This document shows, piece by piece, positions 8,043 to 18,081 of a DNA stretch of 45,282 nucleotides. The stretch lies in the IMG/VR virus record IMGVR_UViG_3300033485_000635, positions 1 through 45,282 of that record; one strand, given 5' to 3'. The translations under genes were made by a program, and so were the position numbers. The notes under the pieces were generated by a model. The model made no database searches and had not been told where the DNA came from. It saw only the letters and a list, made by a program, of their open reading frames with translations. The stretch comes from a virus (Duplodnaviria; Caudoviricetes). Every line of letters begins with the position of its first letter. Position 1 is the first letter of the stretch.

Positions 8043-11000
8043 TATCCTGCTCCTGGGAGCCCAGCCGGGGCCGGGTAGCCAGCTCGCTCTTCAGCTTTAC
8101 TAAATGCCCTAAAGACTGCCGCGACTATCTCATCAGCAACTGCTGCACCCCTGTCACTTATAACTTGTACTGCTCCTGGCTGTATGGTAACATTTACATT
8201 ATTAGTACCGATAAGAGTTGTGCCGCTTGGATTCGGTATGCCAGCTATCGGTGCCGCGCCGGGAGTGCCTATCAGCGGTATTCTGGCTACAATAGCGTTC
8301 AAGATGTTAACTAGATCAGTATGTAAGATAGGTATGTTAGTTGTAATGAATCCAAGTATATTCTGTAAATGAGTTACCATAGTAGATGATAAGCCAGCCA
8401 TCGCAGTTGTAGCCGTCGCGGTGTCAGCCGCTGCCGCCGTTTCCCCAGTAGTAGGCAAGCCCATCTTGCCCTTGATTACATCAGGGCTAAGACCTGACAT
8501 CTTTGCCATCTCATTGACAAAAGCATCCATGCTGGCTTGATTAGCACTCTGGGTATTAAGAATATCAATAAACTTTTGTTTATCGATCATGCCTATGACA
8601 TCTGGAGTGTAGTTACCCATCTGGAAGTCACGAATGATCTGCATAGCTTTAGCTAAGTCGCCGCCAGCATACTTATCAGCGATATTACCCCAGGTAGCTT
8701 CTGTTCCCTCACGCATACCCTTAGCCCAAGCTTGCAGACGATAGATATCCTCAAACGGACCATTGGCCCCTGGCGCAAACGGACTTTCCGCGCCACCGGG
8801 ATAGCGCACATCATCAAGACTAATGCTAGCACTGATACCCTCTTCTAGGGCAGATCGAATAGCATCCCTCATAGCATCAGCTGCTTGCTTGCCAGCATCT
8901 TCCCAATCTCCTGGATCAAACCCAAAGTCGTCAGGCGTTATAGGAACCTCTCCTGGGGTTGGCTGTGCAGCAAACCATTGCTTGCCACCAGCCGCGGTTT
9001 TCCATAAATCAATCCAGTGCTTCTTTTCGGCTGTAATGTTCCTATTTACTGCAAGAAATTCAGCATTTAGAAGTTTCAGCGCTTCGATCTGGGCATCAGT
9101 AGAAGCCCAGGATGTCTTAGCCAGCGCATCATACTTCTTGATAACTTCCTTTATGCCTTCAGTATTGGTTTGCCATAGATCAGACGATCTCTGATCTGCC
9201 TCACTAATTTGAGTGGATAGACCAGCGAGTATAGTAGAATTTTCCGGGCTGATAAATGGAGTAGAGAAAATTGCTTTAGCGTCCTCACCAACTTTAGACC
9301 ATGTTTGGAGACCAAGCTTGAAATCTTCAAGGCTGGCCTTAGCATCATTGATCGAGTCGCGTACTGGGTCAAAAATAGGTAGAGCTGCTATCTTATTGAT
9401 CAGACCAATCAACCCATTAATAATAAAGTTGAAAGCCTTTACTATAACATTAGCTATAGGACGTAGAATATAATCAAGGATCGTATTACCAACTGCTTCA
9501 AGGGCTTTGACAAGCGGAGCTAGTGCTCTGCCTACGATACCTAGCATCTCCATGAAACTAGTAGCAAGGTTAGAGAATGTATCTTTAATTACTTGCCATA
9601 CACTCTGTAGGGGAGTTACTACATTATCCCTAATAGCTGTTCCGACATTAACAAAAGCGCCCCAAATAGATTTAGCTAAACTTACCACAGCTTGCACTAC
9701 TAAAGAAGCTAGGCTGATAATTATTTTGAACGGTATAATCAACACATTAGTTATAGCTCGACCGATACTATCTAATGCTATTACTAAGTTGATAATACCC
9801 TTAGCAGTAGTTGTGATAGCAGTATATAGTGATGACCAAAGCGTTATAAACTGGGAAATCTTAGTACGTATACCATCCACGAACGCTTTCATTAGCGCGT
9901 CAACATAGGCGATACGCGCGCCAATCGAGCCAAACACACCGGAAGCCATAGCGCCTATACGTGGGAATATGTCAATAACTTCTTTTATACGGATAATAAG
10001 CTGTGCAAGTACACCCTCAACCCATGTTACTGCTATGGCTAGGCCACGAAATACATTGAATACTACCTGACCCCAATCTATAGTCTTCGATCTACCTTCG
10101 GTTAGGATAGCTATTGCGTTACTAAAAGTCTGACCGAATTTATTAGCTTCCAGTTGCTTGAAGACTACCTGTAGGGATGAGAATACATCGCCAAGGAAGC
10201 CGCCAGCTTTAGCAAGGTCGGCTACCGTGCTCTTGAACTCAAATATATTCTTCTTCCAAATGATGAATGCACCTGTAAAGGCAAGTAGAATAATCGCAGC
10301 TATTTTAGCTACTGCTGCGAATGCTAAGAGCGCAGCTCCTATTCCCTTTATTGCAGCTCCTGCCGCTGCCCAACCAGCTGTACCAAATGATTTTAGCGCG
10401 GTGCTTAGTCCAACAATACCAGTCTGAGCATTACCGGTCTTAGTGAATGCAGACAGTATTCCCTTCCATGACGCAGCTATGCTAAGATTCATAGCTTTTA
10501 TAGCGCCCTGTATCTTGGCCCCACCAGTTATAAGTGCTGTATATATACCGGATAGACCGGACGCAATAGCTACCTTTATAGCTGGGAGATTTACGCTGAA
10601 TGAATTCCGCATAAATGCAAATATACCAACAAAGGCCCGGGATAGATAAGCTAGAGCGCCTGGGATACTAGCAGCCGAAGCAATTACTGCACGACCGATA
10701 GCCATAAATCCCACCTTGATAGCGAAAGCAGCATCGCTGAGTAGCGCTGTGCTCTGCATAATTACAACAGACCCTTTTGCCATCGCAGCTGCGGCACTCG
10801 CTATTGCCGCCTCGGTATAGCGTAATGTAGTAGCAGCTTTAACAATACCAGCTACGCCCTTTAGCATAGCAACAGATGAACTTATAAACGTTGCACCTAT
10901 AGCAATTAGCGACTTACCAATACCAACCGCGCCAGCTGCAAGAATAGAAGCTAGCCCTATGATAGTTTTCTTGATGGCAATAAAAACATCCGCTACAACA

Positions 11001-12355
11001 ATCGCACTATCCCTGATAAGTACCCTGAAAGCCTTACCAAGACCCAATATCGATATACCAAGACTCTTGAATGCCTGGATCACTCCACGCACGATAGGCG
11101 TTAGGGAATTCAGAAGACCGCCAAAAGCTGACATAATTGAACCAGCCACGATAGCAGCTGGACCAAGCGCGGCAATCATAATGCCTAGGCGCACTAGGGC
11201 AGTTATCTGGTCGCGCGGCATACTAGCAAGATTACGCGTTATATTACCAATAGAATCAGCGAATTGTTTTAGGATCGGTAGCAGTGATCCACCAATAGTA
11301 ATAGCTAGCGCTTGAATCTGATTCTTGAAGTTCTTCCACTGGGCTTCCCATGCTTTGGTTGCATCAGTAAAGGCACGATCGGTCTGACCAGTAGAGTCAC
11401 TAACATAAGCAAGTGAATCAGCATACAGTTTAGCAGTATCAGCGGCTAACATCATTGCACCGCGCAGACCTTCCTGTCTTGTGAACATAACAGCTAGATC
11501 ATTCTCGTTATCAATTAATTTTCTTCCATATTTATCGGTAGCAGTAGCAAGTTGTTCAACAACTCCCATTAAGCCCTTAGTCTTAATGGTTTGAGATGAA
11601 AGTACTATTCCATACTTACCAGCTACCGCCTTAGCCTGATCTGTAGATTTCAGATAGGTTAACATAACACGATACAACATAGTAAAGGCTTGCTGTGGAG
11701 GACTACCCTTTAGGGTTAGCACGGACAGCGCTCCACCTAGCTCTTCTAGGGAAACTCCAAGTAAGGAAGCAACCGGGGTAACTTTTGACATACCAGTCGC
11801 TAATTCATCATAAGTTACTACACCACGGTCAATAGTTCTAAACAGGATATCACTAACATGCATAGCTTGTGATACATCCATACCATAAGCTTGCAGAATT
11901 TGACCAATACCTTTAGCGGCAACAATTGTATCAGTGAAAGCAGCCGTAGCAGATTTAGTAGCTACTGCTAGAAGTTGTTGGGACTGCGCAACATTGTAGC
12001 CACGCTGTACGATATCAAAATAGGCTTCAGCCAGGGCTTTTGGCGCATCCACCGTCTTCGTAATATCAGTAGACATCTGGATAAAGCCCTGGCCTAGCAC
12101 TTGCAACGACTGATCAGTCTGATTCGTAATAACTTGGATACGCCGCATCTGCTTATCGAATTCCATTGTTGCATTTGCGGCGGCCGCGCCCAGCATAGCA
12201 ACAGGCATAGTAAATGCAGCAGTCATACCCAAACCAATCTGCTGAATCTTAGAGCCTAGTTGAGCAAAGTTAGCGCCAATACCCCGTAGGTCTTTTGATG
12301 CTAGGTCAGTTGCACGTATAACAATAATGGCTTGTGATATACCAGTTCCAGCCAT
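8042..12355 (-). CDS. tail tape measure protein (TP901-type core)
   Basis: 1437 aa, Ala/Gly/Ile-rich amphipathic; GLGMTAAFTMPV...AMEFDKQMRRI...A.HVSDILF....G...ELA...VSLEELGGAL core. Confidence 0.95.
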   Translation of the reverse strand: MAGTGISQAIIVIRATDLASKDLRGIGANFAQLGSKIQQIGLGMTAAFTMPVAMLGAAAANATMEFDKQMRRIQVITNQTDQSLQVLGQGFIQMSTDITKTVDAPKALAEAYFDIVQRGYNVAQSQQLLAVATKSATAAFTDTIVAAKGIGQILQAYGMDVSQAMHVSDILFRTIDRGVVTYDELATGMSKVTPVASLLGVSLEELGGALSVLTLKGSPPQQAFTMLYRVMLTYLKSTDQAKAVAGKYGIVLSSQTIKTKGLMGVVEQLATATDKYGRKLIDNENDLAVMFTRQEGLRGAMMLAADTAKLYADSLAYVSDSTGQTDRAFTDATKAWEAQWKNFKNQIQALAITIGGSLLPILKQFADSIGNITRNLASMPRDQITALVRLGIMIAALGPAAIVAGSIMSAFGGLLNSLTPIVRGVIQAFKSLGISILGLGKAFRVLIRDSAIVVADVFIAIKKTIIGLASILAAGAVGIGKSLIAIGATFISSSVAMLKGVAGIVKAATTLRYTEAAIASAAAAMAKGSVVIMQSTALLSDAAFAIKVGFMAIGRAVIASAASIPGALAYLSRAFVGIFAFMRNSFSVNLPAIKVAIASGLSGIYTALITGGAKIQGAIKAMNLSIAASWKGILSAFTKTGNAQTGIVGLSTALKSFGTAGWAAAGAAIKGIGAALLAFAAVAKIAAIILLAFTGAFIIWKKNIFEFKSTVADLAKAGGFLGDVFSSLQVVFKQLEANKFGQTFSNAIAILTEGRSKTIDWGQVVFNVFRGLAIAVTWVEGVLAQLIIRIKEVIDIFPRIGAMASGVFGSIGARIAYVDALMKAFVDGIRTKISQFITLWSSLYTAITTTAKGIINLVIALDSIGRAITNVLIIPFKIIISLASLVVQAVVSLAKSIWGAFVNVGTAIRDNVVTPLQSVWQVIKDTFSNLATSFMEMLGIVGRALAPLVKALEAVGNTILDYILRPIANVIVKAFNFIINGLIGLINKIAALPIFDPVRDSINDAKASLEDFKLGLQTWSKVGEDAKAIFSTPFISPENSTILAGLSTQISEADQRSSDLWQTNTEGIKEVIKKYDALAKTSWASTDAQIEALKLLNAEFLAVNRNITAEKKHWIDLWKTAAGGKQWFAAQPTPGEVPITPDDFGFDPGDWEDAGKQAADAMRDAIRSALEEGISASISLDDVRYPGGAESPFAPGANGPFEDIYRLQAWAKGMREGTEATWGNIADKYAGGDLAKAMQIIRDFQMGNYTPDVIGMIDKQKFIDILNTQSANQASMDAFVNEMAKMSGLSPDVIKGKMGLPTTGETAAAADTATATTAMAGLSSTMVTHLQNILGFITTNIPILHTDLVNILNAIVARIPLIGTPGAAPIAGIPNPSGTTLIGTNNVNVTIQPGAVQVISDRGAAVADEIVAAVFRAFSKAEERAGYPAPAGLPGAG

Positions 12356-12361
12356 ATGGGG

Positions 12362-12556
12362 TTACTTCCTTTTTGCTAGCCACTCATGGTACTTACCCAA
12401 CATAATCCACATACGCAAGACCTCATCCGCGGGCATCTCGCGCAATTCCCATGGCCAACAATGGAACTTCTCGCAAATCAGTGCCTCTGCGAGTTGCCAG
12501 GGTACAGTATTACCTATCCAGCCAGCTTCAATGATGGCTTTTTCTAAGCTGGGGGG
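12362..12556 (-). CDS. tail assembly chaperone, -1 frameshift extension (gpT-like part of G-T)
   Basis: The -1 frame reads PSLEKAIIEAGWIGNTVPWQLAEALICEKFHCWPWELREMPADEVLRMWIMLGKYHEWLAKRK*, ends 6 nt before the TMP ATG and has no start codon at its 5' end. Confidence 0.8.
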   Translation of the reverse strand, partial: PPSLEKAIIEAGWIGNTVPWQLAEALICEKFHCWPWELREMPADEVLRMWIMLGKYHEWLAKRK

Positions 12557-12849
12557 AGGCTTGTCATTTCCTCCACAAAGCGGCCAGCGGTAACATTTAG
12601 AAGATTGATCGGTAGGTTGCCGATACTTTCTATCGATGGTTCAGGCATTGGGTCGCCGTTCTCATCTACGTAGTTCCAGGAACGGATAATGAAGGATAGC
12701 CCCTCGATGATCTTATCAAAGTCACCGGACGCTACTAGGCTGAATACTTTAATAGGTGGGTTCATACGAGCAACAAATTTCCAGCCCTCCCACTTATCCT
12801 TCAGTTCAATTTCTCGTTCTTCAATCGGCAGTTTTCTCATGTTGGACAT
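12544..12849 (-). CDS. tail assembly chaperone (gpG-like)
   Basis: Between tail tube and TMP; IRSWNYVDENGDPMP motif; AGAAAGG SD. Confidence 0.85.
   Translation of the reverse strand: MSNMRKLPIEEREIELKDKWEGWKFVARMNPPIKVFSLVASGDFDKIIEGLSFIIRSWNYVDENGDPMPEPSIESIGNLPINLLNVTAGRFVEEMTSLPPA
12550..12556 (-). other. slippery heptamer C CCC CCA (programmed -1 frameshift site)
   Basis: CTC CCC CCA GCT TAG matches X XXY YYZ one codon before the stop; the -1 frame is open up to TMP. Confidence 0.75.
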
Positions 12850-12874
12850 TGTATAACCTTTCTACTGTATTGGG

Positions 12875-12928
12875 TTGTAAGGGCGAAGCCCTACAAATAA
12901 AACAAGCGATGGCATTACGCTATCGCTT
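12875..12928 (-). terminator. putative intrinsic terminator after the tail tube genes, plus a second hairpin
   Basis: Minus strand AAGCGATAGC-GTAAT-GCCATCGCTT followed by GTTTTATTT; then AGGGC-TTC-GCCCT. Confidence 0.55.
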
Positions 12929-12970
12929 ATTCTGGCGTTCCCATGCCATATTTCCCTTTCAGTCATCGGC

Positions 12971-13393
12971 TTAGCCGAAGGTAGCACGTGTTAGTGATCC
13001 AGATCGAGCAACCAACGTACCGCTGATAGTTCCCGCGTCTTCAACCGTAAAGTTTAGTTCGTAACTAGTTAGAATACCACAAGCCGTGTACATCGATGCA
13101 CCTGAACTAGAACCAGCCGGTCCAAAGCAGAATCTGGTAGAACCACCCAGGATGCCGGACAGAACTGCATCCGCACGATTGGCATCACTGTTGAAGAAAG
13201 CATCAAATGTAAGCTCCCAATCCTTGATGCCGTCCTGCATACGCTCACGAACATCACTGCCGAAGCCAGTTACCTCGGGGGCTTCCGCTGAGTAGGTAAG
13301 CGTAACACTGTTGACATCACCAGATAGAGCTTGGCATGTGGCAGTAGAGTCATCAATACCTATTGATGCATTTTTAGCTGCAATTTTACCCAT
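12971..13393 (-). CDS. major tail tube protein (short paralogue)
   Basis: SVTLTYSAEAPEVTGFG...MQDGIKDWELTFDAFF...FGPAG..SG...YT..GILTSYEL tail-tube pattern; position before the chaperone. Confidence 0.85.
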   Translation of the reverse strand: MGKIAAKNASIGIDDSTATCQALSGDVNSVTLTYSAEAPEVTGFGSDVRERMQDGIKDWELTFDAFFNSDANRADAVLSGILGGSTRFCFGPAGSSSGASMYTACGILTSYELNFTVEDAGTISGTLVARSGSLTRATFG

Positions 13394-13440
13394 TGTAAGA
13401 ACTCCTTATTTCCGGGTTTGAGTTTGTCTCGAACCCAGTT

Positions 13441-14175
13441 TTATAGATAATTACCCAAAGAGACTAAGAAGGTAGCGCATGGAGATGTACCACCTAGTGT
13501 TACTGCTGCACGATTATACTGTGATGCAGATGATAAGTATATCAGGGATGCACCAAGCGGAGAGCCAGCTCCAGCTGGGGTAACACCTTCAACTGCCGTA
13601 GCTGTCGTCCAGTTGCTATCATCGCTAGACTCTTGAATCGACGCGCTAAATGTTGGAGTTGTACCAGTCAGGCTCAGCAAGCGTACGATGGCATAGCGTG
13701 AGCCAGCCGCGCCATCGGTGAAGTTCTCGCTGGCTAGATTGGATGCCCCTGCGCCACTTATAGTCCCCTGATATAGCTGGTAGCCGCGCAAGAGAGGTAT
13801 ACAACCGGATATCGTAAATGATGTTGCTCCGGCATCCTCTATGGCAAAGTTCAACTCATAATTAGTCAGGACGCCCATGAAATCATAGGATATCTTAGAC
13901 GATCCGTAACCAACAGGGTAGAAGCCGGTTAGTATAGACGCCGCCATTAGTGAGTGTAGTGCAATGTCAACATTAGATGCGCCGCTATTGTAAAAGCCAT
14001 CTACGGATAGCTCACTATCCTTAATGCCATCCTGCATGCGCGTGCGATTATCGTCGCAGAACGCGGTAACTTCCGGGGCCTCTGCGCTCAGTGTCAGCGT
14101 GGCATTATTACTGTCACAACTAAAGTCACGAGCGCTAAGAATAACACGTGCATTGCGACCTGCTATTTTACCCAT
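13441..14175 (-). CDS. tail tube protein paralogue with a ~100-aa C-terminal extra domain
   Basis: Shares MGKIA, SAEAPEVT.F, RMQDGIKD.EL, LT.YELNF..EDAG with 12971..13393. Confidence 0.8.
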   Translation of the reverse strand: MGKIAGRNARVILSARDFSCDSNNATLTLSAEAPEVTAFCDDNRTRMQDGIKDSELSVDGFYNSGASNVDIALHSLMAASILTGFYPVGYGSSKISYDFMGVLTNYELNFAIEDAGATSFTISGCIPLLRGYQLYQGTISGAGASNLASENFTDGAAGSRYAIVRLLSLTGTTPTFSASIQESSDDSNWTTATAVEGVTPAGAGSPLGASLIYLSSASQYNRAAVTLGGTSPCATFLVSLGNYL

Positions 14176-14227
14176 TAGCAGACTCCTTTGGTTGTGTAGG
14201 TACTAGTACACAACATTTCCTATAGTA

Positions 14228-14255
14228 ATTATAACATAAAGTAACATACTGTCAA
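14228..14255 (-). promoter_or_regulatory. consensus sigma70/sigmaA promoter upstream of the tail tube genes
   Basis: Minus strand TTGACA-16 nt-TATAAT with TG extended -10, in a 118-nt AT-rich gap. Confidence 0.75.
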
Positions 14256-14293
14256 GTAATTTCGCTACTTTAGGACGATTACACATATTATTA

Positions 14294-14731
14294 CTACGGT
14301 GTCCATTCTAGTATTCTAGCTGTCATGGTAAACGGTAACCATGTCGCGCCGCCTACGGTAAAGACTGTTTCAGGATCACGTGTACCGGTAACGTCTTCAA
14401 GTTCTTCAGCTGTACCATTGATACTTTCGTCGGATTCTAGGGTGCCGAGTACTAGATCAGTAGCCGACCAGACGCGGTTCATGACAGCTGTGGGTTGTCC
14501 AGTGTCGCGTATGAAACAGCGAATTTGAAAGTCCCATAGCCGATTACGATTGGCTCCCGCACCACCCATAGATGTACGGTGTGACGCTAGACCAGTCCAC
14601 TGGACCACCGCACAAGAACCGGACGCGGTTTCAAGTATTTGATAGCTGTTTTTGCTAACCATACCGGGTCCAAATACCGAAGCCGCCGAAAGCATAGTAA
14701 CAAGTCCATCTGCAATTGCTGATGCTGACAT
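14294..14731 (-). CDS. tail terminator / tail completion protein
   Basis: 145 aa, immediately before the tail tube genes; LESDESINGT resembles the D.tL.G motif. Confidence 0.65.
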   Translation of the reverse strand: MSASAIADGLVTMLSAASVFGPGMVSKNSYQILETASGSCAVVQWTGLASHRTSMGGAGANRNRLWDFQIRCFIRDTGQPTAVMNRVWSATDLVLGTLESDESINGTAEELEDVTGTRDPETVFTVGGATWLPFTMTARILEWTP

Positions 14732-15348
14732 TACGCGCCTCCATACATACCTGGGATTGTCTCAGCCCTAGCACGAGCACGCTCAGCCTTGACTGTACCA
14801 GGGGCATAATGGCCATGTACCGCTGCTTTCATGACTGTATCAGCAGTAGCTTGCATAATAACCTGATCCATAACTCCATAGTCGGCATCTGCTTTTTCTA
14901 TTAGCTTCAAGCTGGTATGACCTGGATGAGTCCAGCCGCGGAAGTTAGATACTGGAGACACGGTATAGCCTGGCGATGGTGGCCACCACGGTTCACGCGG
15001 TCCAGTCATACCGGGCCATGATAGGGCTTTCTTGTATACGGGCCTAATAACATGCGGCGCAGTATCCCTGTTGACAAGATTCCATTTAGTGGCATCATTG
15101 GTAGTTACAATGATCGACCCTGCACCTAAGCCTAGAAAATATGAATTCCGTAGATGACCACCACCATAGCGCGGGTCATCGCGCGTGCTACGCGGTGTTA
15201 CATGCCGCAAGCTAATAACATGCGATATACCAACTTCATTGAGCGACTCTTTGGCTACCTGGGGTATAATATCAGCAGATAGCTTCATATTCTTGGCAAC
15301 CCGCTCTAGATCACTAGTATCCACATATATCAGTACTTTATGAGCCAT
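14731..15348 (-). CDS. HK97 gp10-like neck / virion morphogenesis protein
   Basis: TP.....GHLRNS, TAPHVIRPVYKKALSW, HPG motifs; position. Confidence 0.7.
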   Translation of the reverse strand: MAHKVLIYVDTSDLERVAKNMKLSADIIPQVAKESLNEVGISHVISLRHVTPRSTRDDPRYGGGHLRNSYFLGLGAGSIIVTTNDATKWNLVNRDTAPHVIRPVYKKALSWPGMTGPREPWWPPSPGYTVSPVSNFRGWTHPGHTSLKLIEKADADYGVMDQVIMQATADTVMKAAVHGHYAPGTVKAERARARAETIPGMYGGA

Positions 15349-16555
15349 CTTTCTTACCCAATAGTTCCTTACACCAGTTATAGATACGTACTACTGACAG
15401 CCCGTCGGTTGGCCCAACGTACTTATAAGCAAACTTACTGCGATTTGGTGTATCTATAGCTAGAGAATCTACGATACCGCTAGCTATACCATCTACCGTA
15501 GGTTGTATCTTGAATACTTCTTGATCATCATCGAACCCACCACCCCCACCAACTACGGCTAGTCGTACATCTGGTACACAAGCAGCTTCCAGGATTACAT
15601 TGCTTGGCCCATAGCTGATCAATAGGTCGGCAGCATTCAACATAGTATCGAAATGCACACCCGGTAATGCTACGATCGGTACGCCGGACTCCTTAATCTG
15701 CTTAACATGCCAATCGAAGTTGCCCGCGCGCGGATGGGTCGAGACCACAAATTGTACATCCGAGAGCTGTCGCGCGGCAGACAGGAAAGCAGCAAATGTT
15801 TCCTCTATACCATCATAGCAGCCCAGAAGATTAGTATCTTGCCGCCACGATGAACAATAAGCCACTACCGGCTTCTGCTGGTCTAGGTTCAATAAGCGAC
15901 ATGCATGAGCGCGATCACGATTAGCGCCAGCTAGACGGTCGAACTGCGGTAGGCCCGTCGCGCGTATCTCTACCCTGATCTGCTGTTCTTTAGCGCGTGC
16001 TATATACCAATCAGCTTGATACGGGCCAGCTACCGCTAGGTCAGTAGCAGTAATAACGTCATGAATATCGCTGTTTATAGGACCGCGATCATTATTATCC
16101 AAATAAACGGCATGTGGCACGTGTAGGCACGAAACGCCATGCACACGTCCATACATAGCGCACAATCGCATAATAGGTTCAACATCATTATGCAGTAGGA
16201 TAAGATTCATACCCACGGTATCAAATATCTGCATTATGTTAATCGCGTCGGGCAAGCGATTATATAGGTACGATGGTAAGTTATTATCTAACCATGTAGA
16301 TACAACATCAGTGAGTACACCGCCACTAGCCGTTTTCAGAGAGTTTATAACCCGTAATGATTCCCTGAATGAATGGTGTTGCATCTGTTCGGTAAGCACT
16401 GATGATATGGGCTTAGCAGGAAGCTCAAGATCAGAGAGTGCTTTCTGCCACTGCTGGCTGATCGTCCAGAATGTAACATCGCCAGGGTATTCTTTAGCAA
16501 ACTGCTTGATAAGCGGTATAAACGGCGGGTGTGGAGATACAAAGATATTATACAT
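15338..16555 (-). CDS. GT-B transferase (CDP-glycerol glycerophosphotransferase / capsule-synthesis-like); candidate CMP-nonulosonate transferase
   Basis: VPHA, DLAVAG, TGLPQFD, STHPR (HP motif), ADLLISYGPSNVILEAA. Confidence 0.65.
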   Translation of the reverse strand: MYNIFVSPHPPFIPLIKQFAKEYPGDVTFWTISQQWQKALSDLELPAKPISSVLTEQMQHHSFRESLRVINSLKTASGGVLTDVVSTWLDNNLPSYLYNRLPDAINIMQIFDTVGMNLILLHNDVEPIMRLCAMYGRVHGVSCLHVPHAVYLDNNDRGPINSDIHDVITATDLAVAGPYQADWYIARAKEQQIRVEIRATGLPQFDRLAGANRDRAHACRLLNLDQQKPVVAYCSSWRQDTNLLGCYDGIEETFAAFLSAARQLSDVQFVVSTHPRAGNFDWHVKQIKESGVPIVALPGVHFDTMLNAADLLISYGPSNVILEAACVPDVRLAVVGGGGGFDDDQEVFKIQPTVDGIASGIVDSLAIDTPNRSKFAYKYVGPTDGLSVVRIYNWCKELLGKKDGS

Positions 16556-16802
16556 TTGACTCTTCTTTCTTCAAGCGGTTATTGAGCCATGTATGATTCA
16601 ATATTTGTATAAGCTCATATGTATAGGCACGCAGTACAGGTATGCCGTCTACAGTATAAGGCATAGCGTAGGTTTCTAGACCCAGCAAGTGGCGCGAGCT
16701 GGACTCGATAAGCTCAGTGCGGAACCCAGGGTTATTGGTATCAAGAACAACCTCAACTGGCTTAGGTTCAATCACTTTGATAGTAGTCTTGCGCTGTTTC
16801 AT
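16548..16802 (-). CDS. hypothetical protein (84 aa)
   Basis: Overlaps both flanking GT genes (ATGA-type coupling upstream). Confidence 0.65.
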   Translation of the reverse strand: MKQRKTTIKVIEPKPVEVVLDTNNPGFRTELIESSSRHLLGLETYAMPYTVDGIPVLRAYTYELIQILNHTWLNNRLKKEESNV

Positions 16803-17980
16803 AGACTTAGTACCGTTCCTTTCATTGCAGATGGCTGCTTGCGATCCTCCCAGTTAACATAGTATACATTTGGTAGGCGACCGTGTTCCATACGGAAGTT
16901 TTCTATAATGCCGTTATACACTTTACTGTAAGCTTCCAGTTGATTATCAATAAAGAACTGTTGGTAGTAGGGTATACGCTTTTCAGCAGTAGCCTGTTCT
17001 TTTTCAAGATTATCTATAATATTGCATAAACTCTCATACCAAGCATCGGGGCTATTATCAATCAGTGTGCCAACGGATGCTAAATCACCGTATGGTTCAC
17101 CAGCCGTACCGACCCACGGTATACCGACTAGCCCATACTCCAGCCCCTTGATCCAACTACGACGCTGGTCATAATAGCCGTGTAGTGGAGCGACACCTAT
17201 ATCGAATAGCTTGACTACTTTAGGCCAATCACTGGGCGGCACACCGGGCTGTAGCTTGCGCTGGTCATAGGGTACTGGTAGCTGCTCATAGATACGCGGG
17301 TCGTTGCCGCAAATCAGCCATAGCACCTGCGGGTACTTACGGCAGATCATAGCTGCGGCATCACGGATACCGCTACCCCAGAAGCTATCATAATGGCTAA
17401 CTGAGCCACCCCAGCCGATAATAATACGATCCGAGAGGACCGCTGCTACTTTAGCGTCAGCATGAGGTTGTAAGCTAGTCCACCATTCAGCACGCGCGTA
17501 ATTAGGTAAGTGAAAGCCCTTTACCACATATGACCAGTCATCGAGTAAGTTACGGTTAGGGCTGATAAGACCATTAGACTGCTTCAAGCCACGCTCTAGA
17601 GAGACGAGCGGAGGCGGGTCTAGCTTAGCACTGTTCTGAATCCAGAACGCATGTGCCGGATTGGACCAGGGCAGGGATTGGTACATATCGTCTAGGTCTA
17701 CAGCAACCGGCTTACCGAGCCCCTGCCAGTAACGTATAATGTCGATTACTTCCGGCGATATGACATTGCGCTGCACAATGATTAGATCGCGCGGCATAAT
17801 AAGGTCTTGAATAGCTGGCGCGAGATAATCCGTAAAACCAGAGATATGAATCAGTTTAGCATCCCAGTCTGCGCCATTCTTTTCACGCGCGCGGTTCATA
17901 GCGTCGGCTGGTGCCAACATGCGCCACTCGCTGCAATTCCATTCCTGGGCACTATCTGCATAGATAAATGCTACTTTCAC
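16799..17980 (-). CDS. GT-B glycosyltransferase (GT4-like, phage type)
   Basis: CSEWRM..P, VQR, VDLDD, IGWGGSVSH, FDIGVAPL....D..RSWIKGLEYG..GIPWV; GAAAGGA SD before GTG. Confidence 0.85.
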   Translation of the reverse strand: MKVAFIYADSAQEWNCSEWRMLAPADAMNRAREKNGADWDAKLIHISGFTDYLAPAIQDLIMPRDLIIVQRNVISPEVIDIIRYWQGLGKPVAVDLDDMYQSLPWSNPAHAFWIQNSAKLDPPPLVSLERGLKQSNGLISPNRNLLDDWSYVVKGFHLPNYARAEWWTSLQPHADAKVAAVLSDRIIIGWGGSVSHYDSFWGSGIRDAAAMICRKYPQVLWLICGNDPRIYEQLPVPYDQRKLQPGVPPSDWPKVVKLFDIGVAPLHGYYDQRRSWIKGLEYGLVGIPWVGTAGEPYGDLASVGTLIDNSPDAWYESLCNIIDNLEKEQATAEKRIPYYQQFFIDNQLEAYSKVYNGIIENFRMEHGRLPNVYYVNWEDRKQPSAMKGTVLSL

Positions 17981-18011
17981 AAGATCGTCCTTTCTGCTAC
18001 CATATTAGAGC

Positions 18012-18056
18012 CTACCTACAACCACCCTTCTTGCCACCCTTCTTCTTCCTAGCCAT
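18012..18056 (-). CDS. possible 14-aa basic micropeptide MARKKKGGKKGGCR
   Basis: AGGGGG SD 6 nt before ATG 18056; occupies the intergenic gap; strongly non-random composition. Confidence 0.45.
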   Translation of the reverse strand: MARKKKGGKKGGCR

Positions 18057-18081
18057 GGGATACCCCCTATGTATTGTTTTG

